Shown: positions 27,359 through 36,546 of the stretch, piece after piece
How the letters are laid out: every line of letters starts with the position of its first letter
Position numbering within the stretch: the stretch's first letter is position 1
IMG/VR virus record: IMGVR_UViG_3300009285_005630
DNA length: 64,000 bases
Source of the DNA: a virus
Direction: 5' to 3' (one strand)
Position numbers and translations under genes: made by a program
The notes under the pieces: model-generated
What the model was told of the DNA's origin: nothing
The model's database searches: none
What the model saw: the letters and a program-made list of their open reading frames with translations, nothing else

Positions 27359-27638
27359 GACGGATTCCAGTGTCTACGTGCTCAGCGTGCGGTGCGCCAA
27401 CTGCCAGAGCATCTTCCTGGTGGCCATCCCCATGGGGACCAGCTACAACCAGCATCTCGCCCGTGGATTGGTGGAATGCCTCTACTGCGGACAGACCTCC
27501 AAAGACATTCCAGGTACGGCATGGGAAGACCGCTCCAAGAAGTTTATCAATCTCGGCGTTCCCAAGGATGACGCCTTGGACCACGTGGACGACGGGCTTC
27601 CGAAGAAAAGAAAGCGTGCCAAACGAGGTAAGCCTTGA
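27339..27638 (+). CDS. Zinc-ribbon protein
   Basis: CANC and CLYC pairs; start uncertain. Confidence 0.5.
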   Translation: MTTQVVETDSSVYVLSVRCANCQSIFLVAIPMGTSYNQHLARGLVECLYCGQTSKDIPGTAWEDRSKKFINLGVPKDDALDHVDDGLPKKRKRAKRGKP

Positions 27639-27952
27639 AATCTCCTGACATGGCTATCCGCATCACCCCTAAGATGTTCATCGCCTATAACGCCAGACTT
27701 TTGGAGGAACTCCACTTTCCATCCGTCGTGGAATTCGTGGTCATGCCTCCGGGGGACGTGATCCTGATCCGGCGTAGCATTGCGCGGACTACGGGTTATC
27801 GGGTATCCTACTGCAATCGTAAAAATAAATCCGGGGCCGTCACGGCGGTCCCCCGGCCGTTATTGAAGCGGTTTGGTAATCAAATCAAGCCGGGTCGGTA
27901 CATCGCCTATCGTTCGGGATCCGGCGTAGCGTTTCGCTTGGGGGATGTGTGA
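27635..27952 (+). CDS. Hypothetical protein
   Basis: Overlapping start and stop with neighbours. Confidence 0.45.
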   Translation: MKSPDMAIRITPKMFIAYNARLLEELHFPSVVEFVVMPPGDVILIRRSIARTTGYRVSYCNRKNKSGAVTAVPRPLLKRFGNQIKPGRYIAYRSGSGVAFRLGDV

Positions 27953-28332
27953 AGCCGTTGACCATCAAAGAGCGGCATTATATCATCTTCTGGACAAGGC
28001 ATTTGAACACCGAGGAGGATCCCGAGGGCAAGGATATCCGTCTGGCCACGGGACGATTCGATCAACACGGGGCGGAAATCTACGAGGGCAATATGGTGAG
28101 GGTCACATGCGATGGTGAACCCAACGTAGACGGCAAGGAATTCCTGATCTATTGGGATACCAACCTCTGCGGGTTCTGGTTCTGGGATCGCGCCTTGCCA
28201 GGCCCGCTGGAGTTGACGTATAATCTGTGGTCCGTGAACCCTGTCCTGGAAATCGCGCAACGAATCAAGACGGATACACCCCAAGGATCCGCTCAGACCT
28301 TTGGGGAGTTACCAGGACCCCAGGACAATTAG
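27949..28332 (+). CDS. YopX-like protein
   Basis: TGRFDQHGAEIYEGNMV matches the YopX TG.KDKNG.EIYEGDIV motif. Confidence 0.7.
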   Translation: MKPLTIKERHYIIFWTRHLNTEEDPEGKDIRLATGRFDQHGAEIYEGNMVRVTCDGEPNVDGKEFLIYWDTNLCGFWFWDRALPGPLELTYNLWSVNPVLEIAQRIKTDTPQGSAQTFGELPGPQDN

Positions 28333-28340
28333 GAGGGAAG

Positions 28341-28667
28341 GTGAAACGCCAAAACGAGAAGCCTGCCTTCAAGGCACAGATAAGCACGCCACACCAACAG
28401 GATACTCCCATTGGGCAACCCATGGTTCCGTGCGGATTCTGCCAGAGCTTCCGCCCCGTCCACGTAGCCCACGAGATCAACGTCGGGCATTGCAAGTTGC
28501 CCCGAGGCGTTTACTTTGACAATGTGTGCGAAGTGGAGGGCACGTTCGAGGGCACGGGAATCGCTGCCTGCAACGAGGACTATGTGCGCCGCGTCCTCAC
28601 CCATAGAATCATGCGCACCACGGACGGTTGCGTAGAAGGAAAACTTAAGGAGAGTCCTCATGCTTAG
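28341..28667 (+). CDS. Cys-rich hypothetical protein
   Basis: SD AGGAGG before GTG; CGFC...C...C. Confidence 0.5.
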   Translation: MKRQNEKPAFKAQISTPHQQDTPIGQPMVPCGFCQSFRPVHVAHEINVGHCKLPRGVYFDNVCEVEGTFEGTGIAACNEDYVRRVLTHRIMRTTDGCVEGKLKESPHA

Positions 28668-28968
28668 AGCCCCTCATCAAGCCAATGGCATCCAGCGTCG
28701 GAATCGAGCCCGTCAGTTAGCCAAACGGAGAGGAGAACAACCTTCCCGCCAAAAGCCGTTGGGAGCAACCTCGCATATCCTGCGCCCCTTCGATAGCCAA
28801 CGCTCCTGGTATCGTTACCTATCCCGGATGATGAAAGCACGCAAAATTACCACCTACCTTCTTAGACGGCATAAAAAAGTCATGGATGACTTGCGCGGGT
28901 TCAAGCCCGCAGTCTTTGACCTTCCGCTCGTGGTCACACCGTCGTCCTACTTCGCCAATAAGCATTAG
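28660..28968 (+). CDS. Basic hypothetical protein
   Basis: SD AAGGAGAG. Confidence 0.5.
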   Translation: MLRAPHQANGIQRRNRARQLAKRRGEQPSRQKPLGATSHILRPFDSQRSWYRYLSRMMKARKITTYLLRRHKKVMDDLRGFKPAVFDLPLVVTPSSYFANKH

Positions 28969-28978
28969 CAAAGTAATC

Positions 28979-29692
28979 ATGCCTTGGTTGAAGCGGGCTT
29001 ATGACGTATATCTGCTGATGCAGGCAGAAGGTACAACCCCTCATGCAGTTAGTGACTTTGTCGAGCATGTGGAGCCGATTGTCCTGTCCACCCTACGGCC
29101 ATTCCTACGTTTGTCCGGTGTACGGGACGGAACCGACGATGACATGATGCAGGCGGCACGTTTGCGGATTGTCGAGAAATTACCCAAGATTCTGAGCACG
29201 CAATTGGAGTCCAAGGAGCAATTATTCAAGTACCTTGAGTTGCTTTGCCGCAATGCCATGAAAAACGAATTCGGACGGTTTGAGTGGTGGTGCCCCATCC
29301 TGCCGGAGTACATCAAGCCGCCGACGGAATTATCCCGAGAGGAAGTCGCCGCGTTCAACCGGGAACTGGTGACCTTTGTGCTGGCCGGATTCCCCCAACG
29401 GGAACGGGACTTAGCCCGCTATGTCCTACGCCAACGCATCTTGGGACGCACGGTCAGCCGGTTCCTGGTCCTGCGCTTGCGGTGCAGTCCACAGTGTAAG
29501 GCGCACTGCCGCGCCCTCAAAGCCGTACAGGGAGGTCAGTGCGCCAGCCTGTTGGTGGAGGCCACCGTGGATCTGCGCATCCGACGCTACTTAGCGGATT
29601 TGTACCGGCACGTCTGGGAGAAAACGAGAGACACAGGCACGGGCCGGGAGAATGTGACGGAGAGCGCAACGCCTGAAAGTGAGCCTCGTTAA
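28979..29692 (+). CDS. Sigma70/ECF-like sigma factor candidate
   Basis: DDDMMQAARL...LFKYLELLCRNAMKNEF resembles region 2; FPQRERDL resembles the start of region 4. Confidence 0.5.
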   Translation: MPWLKRAYDVYLLMQAEGTTPHAVSDFVEHVEPIVLSTLRPFLRLSGVRDGTDDDMMQAARLRIVEKLPKILSTQLESKEQLFKYLELLCRNAMKNEFGRFEWWCPILPEYIKPPTELSREEVAAFNRELVTFVLAGFPQRERDLARYVLRQRILGRTVSRFLVLRLRCSPQCKAHCRALKAVQGGQCASLLVEATVDLRIRRYLADLYRHVWEKTRDTGTGRENVTESATPESEPR

Positions 29693-29868
29693 TGTTTCCC
29701 GATCCAATAAACTACAGGTCTCTCAGGATTGTCTTTCCCTACCCGGGAGGATTCGAGTGGCAGTATTACATCCCTGGAGGAATGTATTGGGTTCCAGTGC
29801 AGATTCCTTGGTCGAGTACCCCCGAACCAGCAGTTGTCTATCCTTGGGATGGCGAACCAAGGCTGTGA
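29692..29868 (+). CDS. 58-aa Pro/Tyr/Trp-rich peptide (below the ORF-track cutoff)
   Basis: ATG overlaps the previous TAA; MFPDPINYRSLRIVFPYPGGFEWQYYIPGGMYWVPVQIPW... Confidence 0.35.
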   Translation: MFPDPINYRSLRIVFPYPGGFEWQYYIPGGMYWVPVQIPWSSTPEPAVVYPWDGEPRL

Positions 29869-29921
29869 TATAATGAAGCTCTCACAAATCATCACTGCTA
29901 TTTTTCCTACCTTTGCCCTGG

Positions 29922-29946
29922 AGCCCTGTCGCCCCAGGCTTTTTTG
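29922..29946 (+). terminator. Possible intrinsic terminator
   Basis: AGCCCTG/CAGGCT imperfect stem plus T-run. Confidence 0.45.
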
Positions 29947-29973
29947 TGCTTATGCGTCGGAGCGCAACGTGAG

Positions 29974-31098
29974 ATGACCCAAAGCATGGAAGTTCTAATC
30001 TATGAAGTGAGAAAATCATCCTCTCCAGGATCAATGAAATTCTTAATAGTTCCTACATCTAACGGTCTTGCTGTTGTCCCAGCGGAGCTACGCAAAAGCC
30101 TCGGGGAATTGGTTTTTTTCACAAAGCTATCGTTGAATAAGGGAGAAAAACGAATTGCTCTTGATGTTGATAATGTTCTTCTCCAGATTCAAGAAAAAGG
30201 ATATGGTGTTCAGGAAAACATTCCTTCAGGCTATAGGGCTACTCCTTCGCGAACGGAAATTATCACCGAAATTCAGAGCATGATACGGCTTGCAACCGCA
30301 CGTGGCGTAAGTGAGCACAGCCAATACAATACGAATTGCGTAGTGCGCTTGGGGAATGGATTGATCGCGGCCATACACGGGCTGGTATGGAGCGGTGATG
30401 CGGAAACTGTTTTATTCAGTATCCACGAGGCCTTGCGCGCCCAAAATGATCAAGACCATCTATTGGTCTGCTTAGTCTGTGGCTGGAGAGGATCTGAGGC
30501 GAGTCGGAGGGCCACGTACTTTCAACAGACCGTGTGCGCTGGTCCCATGGCTCTTCCTCCGGACCCAAATGTTCATTTCTACGAAATGGGACATGGAGCG
30601 GCATGGGACTGCGGTCCGGTCGTTACAGATATTGGCCAGCAGGTATCTCATATCGACTGCACTCATTCTCTCTACAATGTGCGTCGTGAACATTACCAGA
30701 AATACGGGCCGTTGTACACGCTGGATGAAGAGATTCTAAAGCGGGAGCCTGATATAGACTTCGTTTGTGAACTTCTAAAAACTCGCGGTTCCCTAACAAA
30801 ATATTGCAGAAAGGTGGTTCATGAAAAGGAGAGGCAAGTTATGCTCAACGAAATGAAACTGCAAATGGAAGCTACTTTGGCGAAGTTTGTCTTTCAAGAT
30901 TCCACTAAGACTACTTGGCGAAAAATGGAGGATGCACTGGAAACTATCCCTGGCGTGCAGATTGCAAAAGTCTGGCACGTCAGCGGGACATCGCTGGAAG
31001 GGTTCATTATTTGCGCCAAAGGCCGGAACCGCATTGACTTCACCGTCCGTCCCGTTGGCGTTGACGTAACCCTGCTGGAAGAGAGTACCACGTCTTAG
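29974..31098 (+). CDS. Multidomain protein with N-terminal YcgL-like domain
   Basis: VPAELRKSLGELVFFTKLSL...LDVDNVLLQIQEKGYGVQ resembles YcgL; visibly AT-richer than its flanks. Confidence 0.5.
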   Translation: MTQSMEVLIYEVRKSSSPGSMKFLIVPTSNGLAVVPAELRKSLGELVFFTKLSLNKGEKRIALDVDNVLLQIQEKGYGVQENIPSGYRATPSRTEIITEIQSMIRLATARGVSEHSQYNTNCVVRLGNGLIAAIHGLVWSGDAETVLFSIHEALRAQNDQDHLLVCLVCGWRGSEASRRATYFQQTVCAGPMALPPDPNVHFYEMGHGAAWDCGPVVTDIGQQVSHIDCTHSLYNVRREHYQKYGPLYTLDEEILKREPDIDFVCELLKTRGSLTKYCRKVVHEKERQVMLNEMKLQMEATLAKFVFQDSTKTTWRKMEDALETIPGVQIAKVWHVSGTSLEGFIICAKGRNRIDFTVRPVGVDVTLLEESTTS

Positions 31099-31127
31099 TT
31101 GACAAACTCGCTAAACTATGGTATAGT
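31099..31127 (+). promoter_or_regulatory. Sigma70-type promoter, probably leaderless transcript
   Basis: TTGACA-17-TATAGT; ATG 6 nt downstream. Confidence 0.8.
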
Positions 31128-31133
31128 ACAGCC

Positions 31134-31457
31134 ATGAAACAATGTCCTCGCTGTGGAGCGCCGTATGACAGGGACGTGCTGGTGGGGATCTCGGGCAACA
31201 CGTTCGGGCGCAAGTTTTCCTGCGGGACTATCGTCGGGCCAGCCGTGCAGGATATCAGCACACCTCCCGATGGGGTTACCGTGCTGTGGGCCGCCTGTGC
31301 GTATTTCGTGCAACGGGCTGCCCAGATAGACTCGCAGGTGGAGCAAATATTTCGAGCTGCGACATTCAACGCCTCCTCCTGGTACGAATCGGCATCTGGT
31401 GTTGCGCAGTTGACTAAAGCCGAACAGGAGCGCGTGTTACAAATCATTCGACTCTGA
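31134..31457 (+). CDS. Cys-containing hypothetical protein
   Basis: CPRC at the N-terminus; no SD. Confidence 0.55.
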   Translation: MKQCPRCGAPYDRDVLVGISGNTFGRKFSCGTIVGPAVQDISTPPDGVTVLWAACAYFVQRAAQIDSQVEQIFRAATFNASSWYESASGVAQLTKAEQERVLQIIRL

Positions 31458-31474
31458 TAGAGACAGGAGGGACT

Positions 31475-31831
31475 ATGTGGATTTCCCGTAAGGATTACGA
31501 CCTGCTGCTGATATCGGGAATGCGGTTGAAGCAGGAGAACGAGACGCTCTTGCAGCGTGTCGCTGAGATGGAGGCGGAAGCGTCCAGGTTGCGGAAGGGC
31601 TATGAGCGGAATTTCTACGCTGTGGAGAGTGACGACGGCGGCAATACGGTCAGCACCATTGTCTCCTCCCGTTCCGCGCGTGTGCGGGATGCTTGGGTGG
31701 CCTCTAAGCCTTCCACTCGGTTGGGCGTCTCGGCTGGTCACGCTAAGGTCATAGAGGCACTTCATTTGGGAAAAGTGCCCTCTTTGGACCCGACCAAGGA
31801 ATCTCAGAGCGCGCAGTTGCGGTTATTTTGA
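31475..31831 (+). CDS. Hypothetical coiled-coil protein
   Basis: SD AGGAGG. Confidence 0.55.
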   Translation: MWISRKDYDLLLISGMRLKQENETLLQRVAEMEAEASRLRKGYERNFYAVESDDGGNTVSTIVSSRSARVRDAWVASKPSTRLGVSAGHAKVIEALHLGKVPSLDPTKESQSAQLRLF

Positions 31832-31865
31832 CCCATATGGTTGATGCGCCTGCTGTGAGGGCAAA

Positions 31866-32147
31866 ATGACAGACACGCTGGAGGCCTTCTCCGTACGTGC
31901 CGAGCGCTTGTTGGACCGGTTATTCCTTGGCAAGCACCATGTTCCCAAGATCAAGAAAGAGAACGTGGAGACGCCGTTTGAACGCTGGGAGGTCAACGAC
32001 TCCGGGGACTGGTCTACCTTTGACTTTGAACGGCTGACCCGGCTCGTGATCTTAGCCCATGATGAGTGCATACGCGCCTCCATCTGTCCCAGCGGTCCAC
32101 GCCATGCACGCCCGATCCCAATGCTTGCCCTCGTTGGCCGTCTTTGA
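31866..32147 (+). CDS. Phage hypothetical protein, probably C-terminally truncated
   Basis: STFDFERLTRLVILAHDECIR...SGP, then sequence overlapping the Thg1 fragment. Confidence 0.5.
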   Translation: MTDTLEAFSVRAERLLDRLFLGKHHVPKIKKENVETPFERWEVNDSGDWSTFDFERLTRLVILAHDECIRASICPSGPRHARPIPMLALVGRL

Positions 32148-32499
32148 CGCCAGGGCATTCTCCGTACCCGTGGATGACGTTGTGAACGTCTTCCTGTGGC
32201 GGGCCAAAGATTGGGAACGCAACAGCATCCAGATGTACGCGCACAGCCTGTTCAGCCATAAGCAGCTCCACAAGAAGAACATTGGCGCGATGCATGAGAT
32301 GTTGCATTCTGTCGGCAAGAACTGGACTACGAATCTATCCGACCGGGAACGTAACGGCGCGTTCCTGATCCGGCGTTCCGGCGGAGGCATCGAAGTCCGA
32401 ACGGATATCCTTCCAACGTTCCCAAGCGTCCAAGCGGCTATAGGTGGCCTTTTCACCTTTGACGCGGATAAGAAGCCAAATGCGCCGGGGATGCCGTGA
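32104..32499 (+). pseudogene. C-terminal half of a Thg1-like tRNA(His) guanylyltransferase/3'-5' polymerase
   Basis: FDARAF...FLWRAKDWERNSI...FSHKQLHKK...EML...NW...RNG; N-terminal catalytic half absent. Confidence 0.75.
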
Positions 32500-32720
32500 A
32501 CCGTCCCGAACTCGGCGTCAAGCAATTTGTCGCCGTCGTGCAAAACCGGCGAGGTGGGAAGTTCATGGTATTTGCCACAGGTAGTTCTAAGCACTACCTG
32601 TTCTCCCCCTTGGACCAATATGGGTGTGCAACCTGCATGAGCTTTCCTGTTCTGAAAGCCAACCTCCGTCCCGAGATCCGAAGAGCCCTTGCACACGGAT
32701 GGGGCAATGCCTCCTTGTAA
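32496..32720 (+). CDS. Hypothetical protein
   Basis: GTG overlapping the previous stop. Confidence 0.45.
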   Translation: MNRPELGVKQFVAVVQNRRGGKFMVFATGSSKHYLFSPLDQYGCATCMSFPVLKANLRPEIRRALAHGWGNASL

Positions 32721-32727
32721 TATCTAC

Positions 32728-32756
32728 TTGACAAACAGAAAAAGGCGTGGTACAAT
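32728..32756 (+). promoter_or_regulatory. Sigma70-type promoter
   Basis: TTGACA-17-TACAAT with TG extension. Confidence 0.8.
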
Positions 32757-32785
32757 ACGGCCATAGAGACTACAAGGAGGCTCAT

Positions 32786-33016
32786 ATGAACGGAACGACG
32801 AAAATGACCCTCGATCAAATCTGCGAGCAGGAGCACTTGTACCGCCGGGAGGATCTGCCGGTCTGGTGTGAGAAGAAACTCCTCGCGGCCGGTGTGCGCG
32901 TACCCGTGCGGTTGACGGGCACAATCTGGGCGTACTCCAACGATCTTGGGCAGGTGTGGATCGCCACCACCATGCAGGGTTGGGCACGGTCGCTGTCCGT
33001 CCGGATGCTGTACTAA
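32786..33016 (+). CDS. Hypothetical protein
   Basis: SD AAGGAGG before the ATG at 32786. Confidence 0.6.
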   Translation: MNGTTKMTLDQICEQEHLYRREDLPVWCEKKLLAAGVRVPVRLTGTIWAYSNDLGQVWIATTMQGWARSLSVRMLY

Positions 33017-33026
33017 GGAGGCTATC

Positions 33027-33527
33027 ATGTCAACCAAAAAGAAAACCTACCCTTGCCCCTCATGCAGGAAGCCCATCCCGGTTACGGAGTTCTTCTCCGG
33101 CGACGATTTTGTACTCGACGAGTACGGTGACGATGGGGATAGTGCAACGCTTTGGTACAAGGGAAAGCTCGCCCTCGGCAACAGTGAAGGCGCTAAACAA
33201 GGAACGTGCGTAAAGTGCAGGCTGCCAATCCTCGTCAGCGCCACCATGCACATCACGCAGACAACGGAATTTTCGGTTGGAAAGGACCCTGCGCGGGACC
33301 GCTTGTTCACCGCCAAGGATTTTCCGGCCTGGGCGTGGGATAAACTGACGGAGAATTTGAAAAGCACCACAGGTACGGACATGCCTGCCATCTTCCTGTA
33401 CAAGGACATCTTGGGCCGGATATTGTTTACCGGCGATGGCCTGCGCGCCAAGCTGTGGCGGACGAGGGGCGGTGAAGCTTTTCCAAAAGACCTGCCTCCG
33501 TCTGCGCCAAAGGACGGGGCACGCTAA
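33027..33527 (+). CDS. Zinc-ribbon-containing hypothetical protein
   Basis: SD AAGGAGG; CPSC and CVKC pairs. Confidence 0.6.
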   Translation: MSTKKKTYPCPSCRKPIPVTEFFSGDDFVLDEYGDDGDSATLWYKGKLALGNSEGAKQGTCVKCRLPILVSATMHITQTTEFSVGKDPARDRLFTAKDFPAWAWDKLTENLKSTTGTDMPAIFLYKDILGRILFTGDGLRAKLWRTRGGEAFPKDLPPSAPKDGAR

Positions 33528-34216
33528 TGGCCTACGTCGTTCTGCAATCCGAGGTAGGCCTGTATACCGTCGGGTTTTACTCTCCTGACGGAACGTGGCA
33601 TCCCGTAAAGGATTGCGCGTCTTCCGAAGAAGCACAACGACACGCGCATTATCTGAATGGGGGAAGCTCTCAAACAGGGAACGAGGCGAAGAAAACTAAA
33701 GTGCCCTCCAAGTCGCAAGTTCTCGCGCCGAAGATGTTGGATTTTATCCAGAGATGGCGTGAAATCATTGACGGAGGAGGCAAGGGTGCGGAACAGTGGG
33801 CAGAGGACTTTGACACGGAAGCTCAGGCGATACTGAAGAAAGTACGCAGGAATCACTTGGGAGAAGATGCTGAGATCATCACAATCTTTGAATTTGCCTG
33901 CGGGTGCAAAGTGACCCGACGCGATAGGACCACCCTTGTTTCCATGTCCTATTGCGCAACGCACGAGAACCCATCGAAGGGGGTCAGGAATCAGTTTATC
34001 GGGGAGATAGAGTTGCTATCCTTTATCAAGTCACTGGATGACCGGTTGCGAGCACTGTGTGTGCAAGCGCATATCCTAGCTAATGAACATGCAGCCGGGT
34101 TGGCCATTAGTGATGGCGCGTGGAAGGACCTCTTGGATTTGGCCTGCGAGGGGTTCAAGGCGTCCGATACCTACCATGCTGCGTTGATAACTTCGGCATC
34201 CAAGGCCAAAGGATAG
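33527..34216 (+). CDS. Multidomain hypothetical protein
   Basis: N-terminal SE.GLYTVGFYSPDGTWH...HYLNGG module resembles a small standalone phage protein family. Confidence 0.55.
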   Translation: MAYVVLQSEVGLYTVGFYSPDGTWHPVKDCASSEEAQRHAHYLNGGSSQTGNEAKKTKVPSKSQVLAPKMLDFIQRWREIIDGGGKGAEQWAEDFDTEAQAILKKVRRNHLGEDAEIITIFEFACGCKVTRRDRTTLVSMSYCATHENPSKGVRNQFIGEIELLSFIKSLDDRLRALCVQAHILANEHAAGLAISDGAWKDLLDLACEGFKASDTYHAALITSASKAKG

Positions 34217-34223
34217 TCCCGTC

Positions 34224-34694
34224 ATGGCCATGAGGCTCATTGATGCGATCAAAGTTGTCCAGGACCCGTTCCGGGGTATTCAGCACTCGGCACAGAAGAT
34301 CGCTTGGGCGGAAGAAGCAATTCGCGCCAGGGATTTGGACCCGGAAACCTACCGGAATTGGGTGCGCCCTAAAGCCCTAAACCGGAGTCTGCAAAATCCA
34401 CGCACGAGGACACGCATGTACAGCATCCAGCGACAACTCCTGCTTGATCCACGATCCCGTACCGTCGTATCCGCCGAGGTCACGGAAGTACTTCGGCTTG
34501 CCGGACCTGATACACCAGTGACCAGTGTGCTATTTGGCCGAATGTACCAGGTCAGTTCCGGCGGTCGTCGCTTGCGCAGGCTATGCTTCCGGGATCGTAA
34601 GGTCGCCGAGAAACTTCTCTTAGCAGACAAGTCTATCCTGCGGGAAGTGGAGATGGCCTGTACGGTATCCGATTGCAGGGCGGCAATGGCATGA
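34224..34694 (+). CDS. Hypothetical protein
   Basis: Packed ORF. Confidence 0.5.
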   Translation: MAMRLIDAIKVVQDPFRGIQHSAQKIAWAEEAIRARDLDPETYRNWVRPKALNRSLQNPRTRTRMYSIQRQLLLDPRSRTVVSAEVTEVLRLAGPDTPVTSVLFGRMYQVSSGGRRLRRLCFRDRKVAEKLLLADKSILREVEMACTVSDCRAAMA

Positions 34695-35152
34695 ATGGCT
34701 TGTCAATGGGGTCCATCGAGTCCAAGTTCATTGCTGCCACTCTTGAACAAGGAAAGAATGCTTCTTCTGAGGATATGGCGGAACACTACGGTCGGCTGTG
34801 CATTGCCTGTGTAATGGGCAATTTGGCGCTTCAAGATATCGCTCCCGTGTATGCTCGCATTGCCTATCGGTTCGCGGAGAAGGCTACACCCAATTTCGCC
34901 TTGCGCGGCTTTGAGATGTTCTCCGTGCTATTGCAACATCACTATGGATGGGTGCGTTATGACGTGGAAGCTCGCATGTTAGCGGAGGCAGCGTATATAG
35001 CCGTGCGCCGGAGTCACACCTTCCTGACGGATACCAACCACACCTACACGGCGGGCGAACGGACGATGCCGATAGGCGGTAGGACAATGACCTGGACTTC
35101 GGACATGATTCGACGCTATGTCGCGGCGTGTCAGAAGGCACCACGTGGCTGA
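34691..35152 (+). CDS. Hypothetical protein
   Basis: ATG overlapping the previous stop. Confidence 0.5.
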   Translation: MNGLSMGSIESKFIAATLEQGKNASSEDMAEHYGRLCIACVMGNLALQDIAPVYARIAYRFAEKATPNFALRGFEMFSVLLQHHYGWVRYDVEARMLAEAAYIAVRRSHTFLTDTNHTYTAGERTMPIGGRTMTWTSDMIRRYVAACQKAPRG

Positions 35153-35945
35153 CCAGGCTCCCGTAGCGTGGTCCGAGAACTCGGTCTTGGACCGGCTGAC
35201 GTACCTTTTCCCTGAGACGTCCCATGTGATCCTGCGTGGTGTACGCAATGCCACCGGCTTTCCACGTCAGGTCCGCACGGCGGATGCCCTGGTCCTGTCC
35301 ACCTGGCCCTCACGGGGCCTCTGGATGGCGGGTGTGGAAGTGAAAATATCCAAGAGTGACTATCGCAAGGAGCTGGAGGATCCCACGAAGGCGCATGAGT
35401 TTCATCGCTTCTGCCATTTCTGGTACGTGGCGACGCCCAAGGGGCTCCTCGACGGGTTGGTCATACCGGAGACGTGGGGCCACATTGAGGTCCAGAAGGA
35501 TCGCGCCAAAGTAGTAAAGACACCAATTCAGCAGACCCCTATCCCGATCACCATGGCATTCCTCTGTTCTATCTTGCGCCAAGTGTCCGAAGGCTATATT
35601 TCTAAAGAAACCTTGAACACCCGCATTGCGGAGGAAGCGGAACGGCAAAATAAGCGGCTTAAAGAGCACCTGGAATACGAGTACAAGAAATTGAAAGAGA
35701 ACGTAGAACACTTCGAGAATCTCTCCGGCGTCAAGCTTGCCAAGAGTTGGGAACTGTGCAACATCGGTCCTGCCGTGCGCTTTGTCGTCAACTCCGGCCT
35801 GTTGCGCGGTGAGAGTATGATGGAACGCCTTCTGGAATCTTGCGAGCGTAGTGCCAAGGATATCCGAGAGGCGTTGGAGGAGTTTCGTAAAGCATCTCCG
35901 GAGAATCACTCTGTTGGAGGAGCCAATGGTCCTGACCAGGGTTGA
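35145..35945 (+). CDS. MmcB-like PD-(D/E)XK nuclease-fold protein
   Basis: ADAL...GVEVKISKSDY..E...P.K...CHFWYVATP...IPETWG. Confidence 0.7.
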   Translation: MADQAPVAWSENSVLDRLTYLFPETSHVILRGVRNATGFPRQVRTADALVLSTWPSRGLWMAGVEVKISKSDYRKELEDPTKAHEFHRFCHFWYVATPKGLLDGLVIPETWGHIEVQKDRAKVVKTPIQQTPIPITMAFLCSILRQVSEGYISKETLNTRIAEEAERQNKRLKEHLEYEYKKLKENVEHFENLSGVKLAKSWELCNIGPAVRFVVNSGLLRGESMMERLLESCERSAKDIREALEEFRKASPENHSVGGANGPDQG

Positions 35946-36081
35946 CGCCCTCAAAGAGCATCTTTGCCTGGTGTGCAAAAGCTATCATCCACGGGAGGGC
36001 AAAGACTACGGGAAATGCGACACGGTACAGATGGTGGTGCAGGAGACCATGACGTGCGAGAAATGGAGACTAAAAGAATGA
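35926..36081 (+). CDS. Small Cys-rich protein
   Basis: SD GGAGG; CLVC...C...C. Confidence 0.45.
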   Translation: MVLTRVDALKEHLCLVCKSYHPREGKDYGKCDTVQMVVQETMTCEKWRLKE

Positions 36082-36323
36082 CTGACGCTTTCTGGACCGC
36101 CGCCGAGAACTTTCTGGAAGAGCTTAAGGCCGAGTGCCTTAGTGTCCTGCATGGTGACCAACGGTATAAAATCTCCGTGTCTGCCTGCGCCCACGACATT
36201 CAAATCATGGTCTGGCGGGAGCACAAGAAACCTATCCTGGTGCGGTTGAAGCCGGATGACGCACGCGCCATGGCCGAGAAGATGTTGGCTCTATTGGAGC
36301 CCCCAACATGTGGAACCGAGTGA
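36078..36323 (+). CDS. Hypothetical protein
   Basis: ATG overlapping the previous stop. Confidence 0.5.
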   Translation: MTDAFWTAAENFLEELKAECLSVLHGDQRYKISVSACAHDIQIMVWREHKKPILVRLKPDDARAMAEKMLALLEPPTCGTE

Positions 36324-36526
36324 GACGGGCGTGCCACACCAACGAGCCTCAGAGCACCACGGTCATCGCGTTGACGTTGTTGAACATCGCGGCCGTGCTT
36401 AGAAATCCCCATCCGTCATGGTGGGTGTACGTATTGGCTGTGCTGATTTATCCTGCTATCGCGTTCACCGCCAATCTGCTGGACCCTATCCCTTGCCGGA
36501 GGTTATCTGACCATGAGCAAATCTAA
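36308..36526 (+). CDS. Small membrane protein
   Basis: Two hydrophobic segments. Confidence 0.4.
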   Translation: MWNRVRRACHTNEPQSTTVIALTLLNIAAVLRNPHPSWWVYVLAVLIYPAIAFTANLLDPIPCRRLSDHEQI

Positions 36527-36546
36527 GCACGAGATGCCCGTGACCG

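Noticed and set aside
35126-35140. Fifth TGTCAGA occurrence
   Set aside because: Followed by AGGC rather than RNAG, in an accessory gene; the 7-mer alone is expected a few times by chance.
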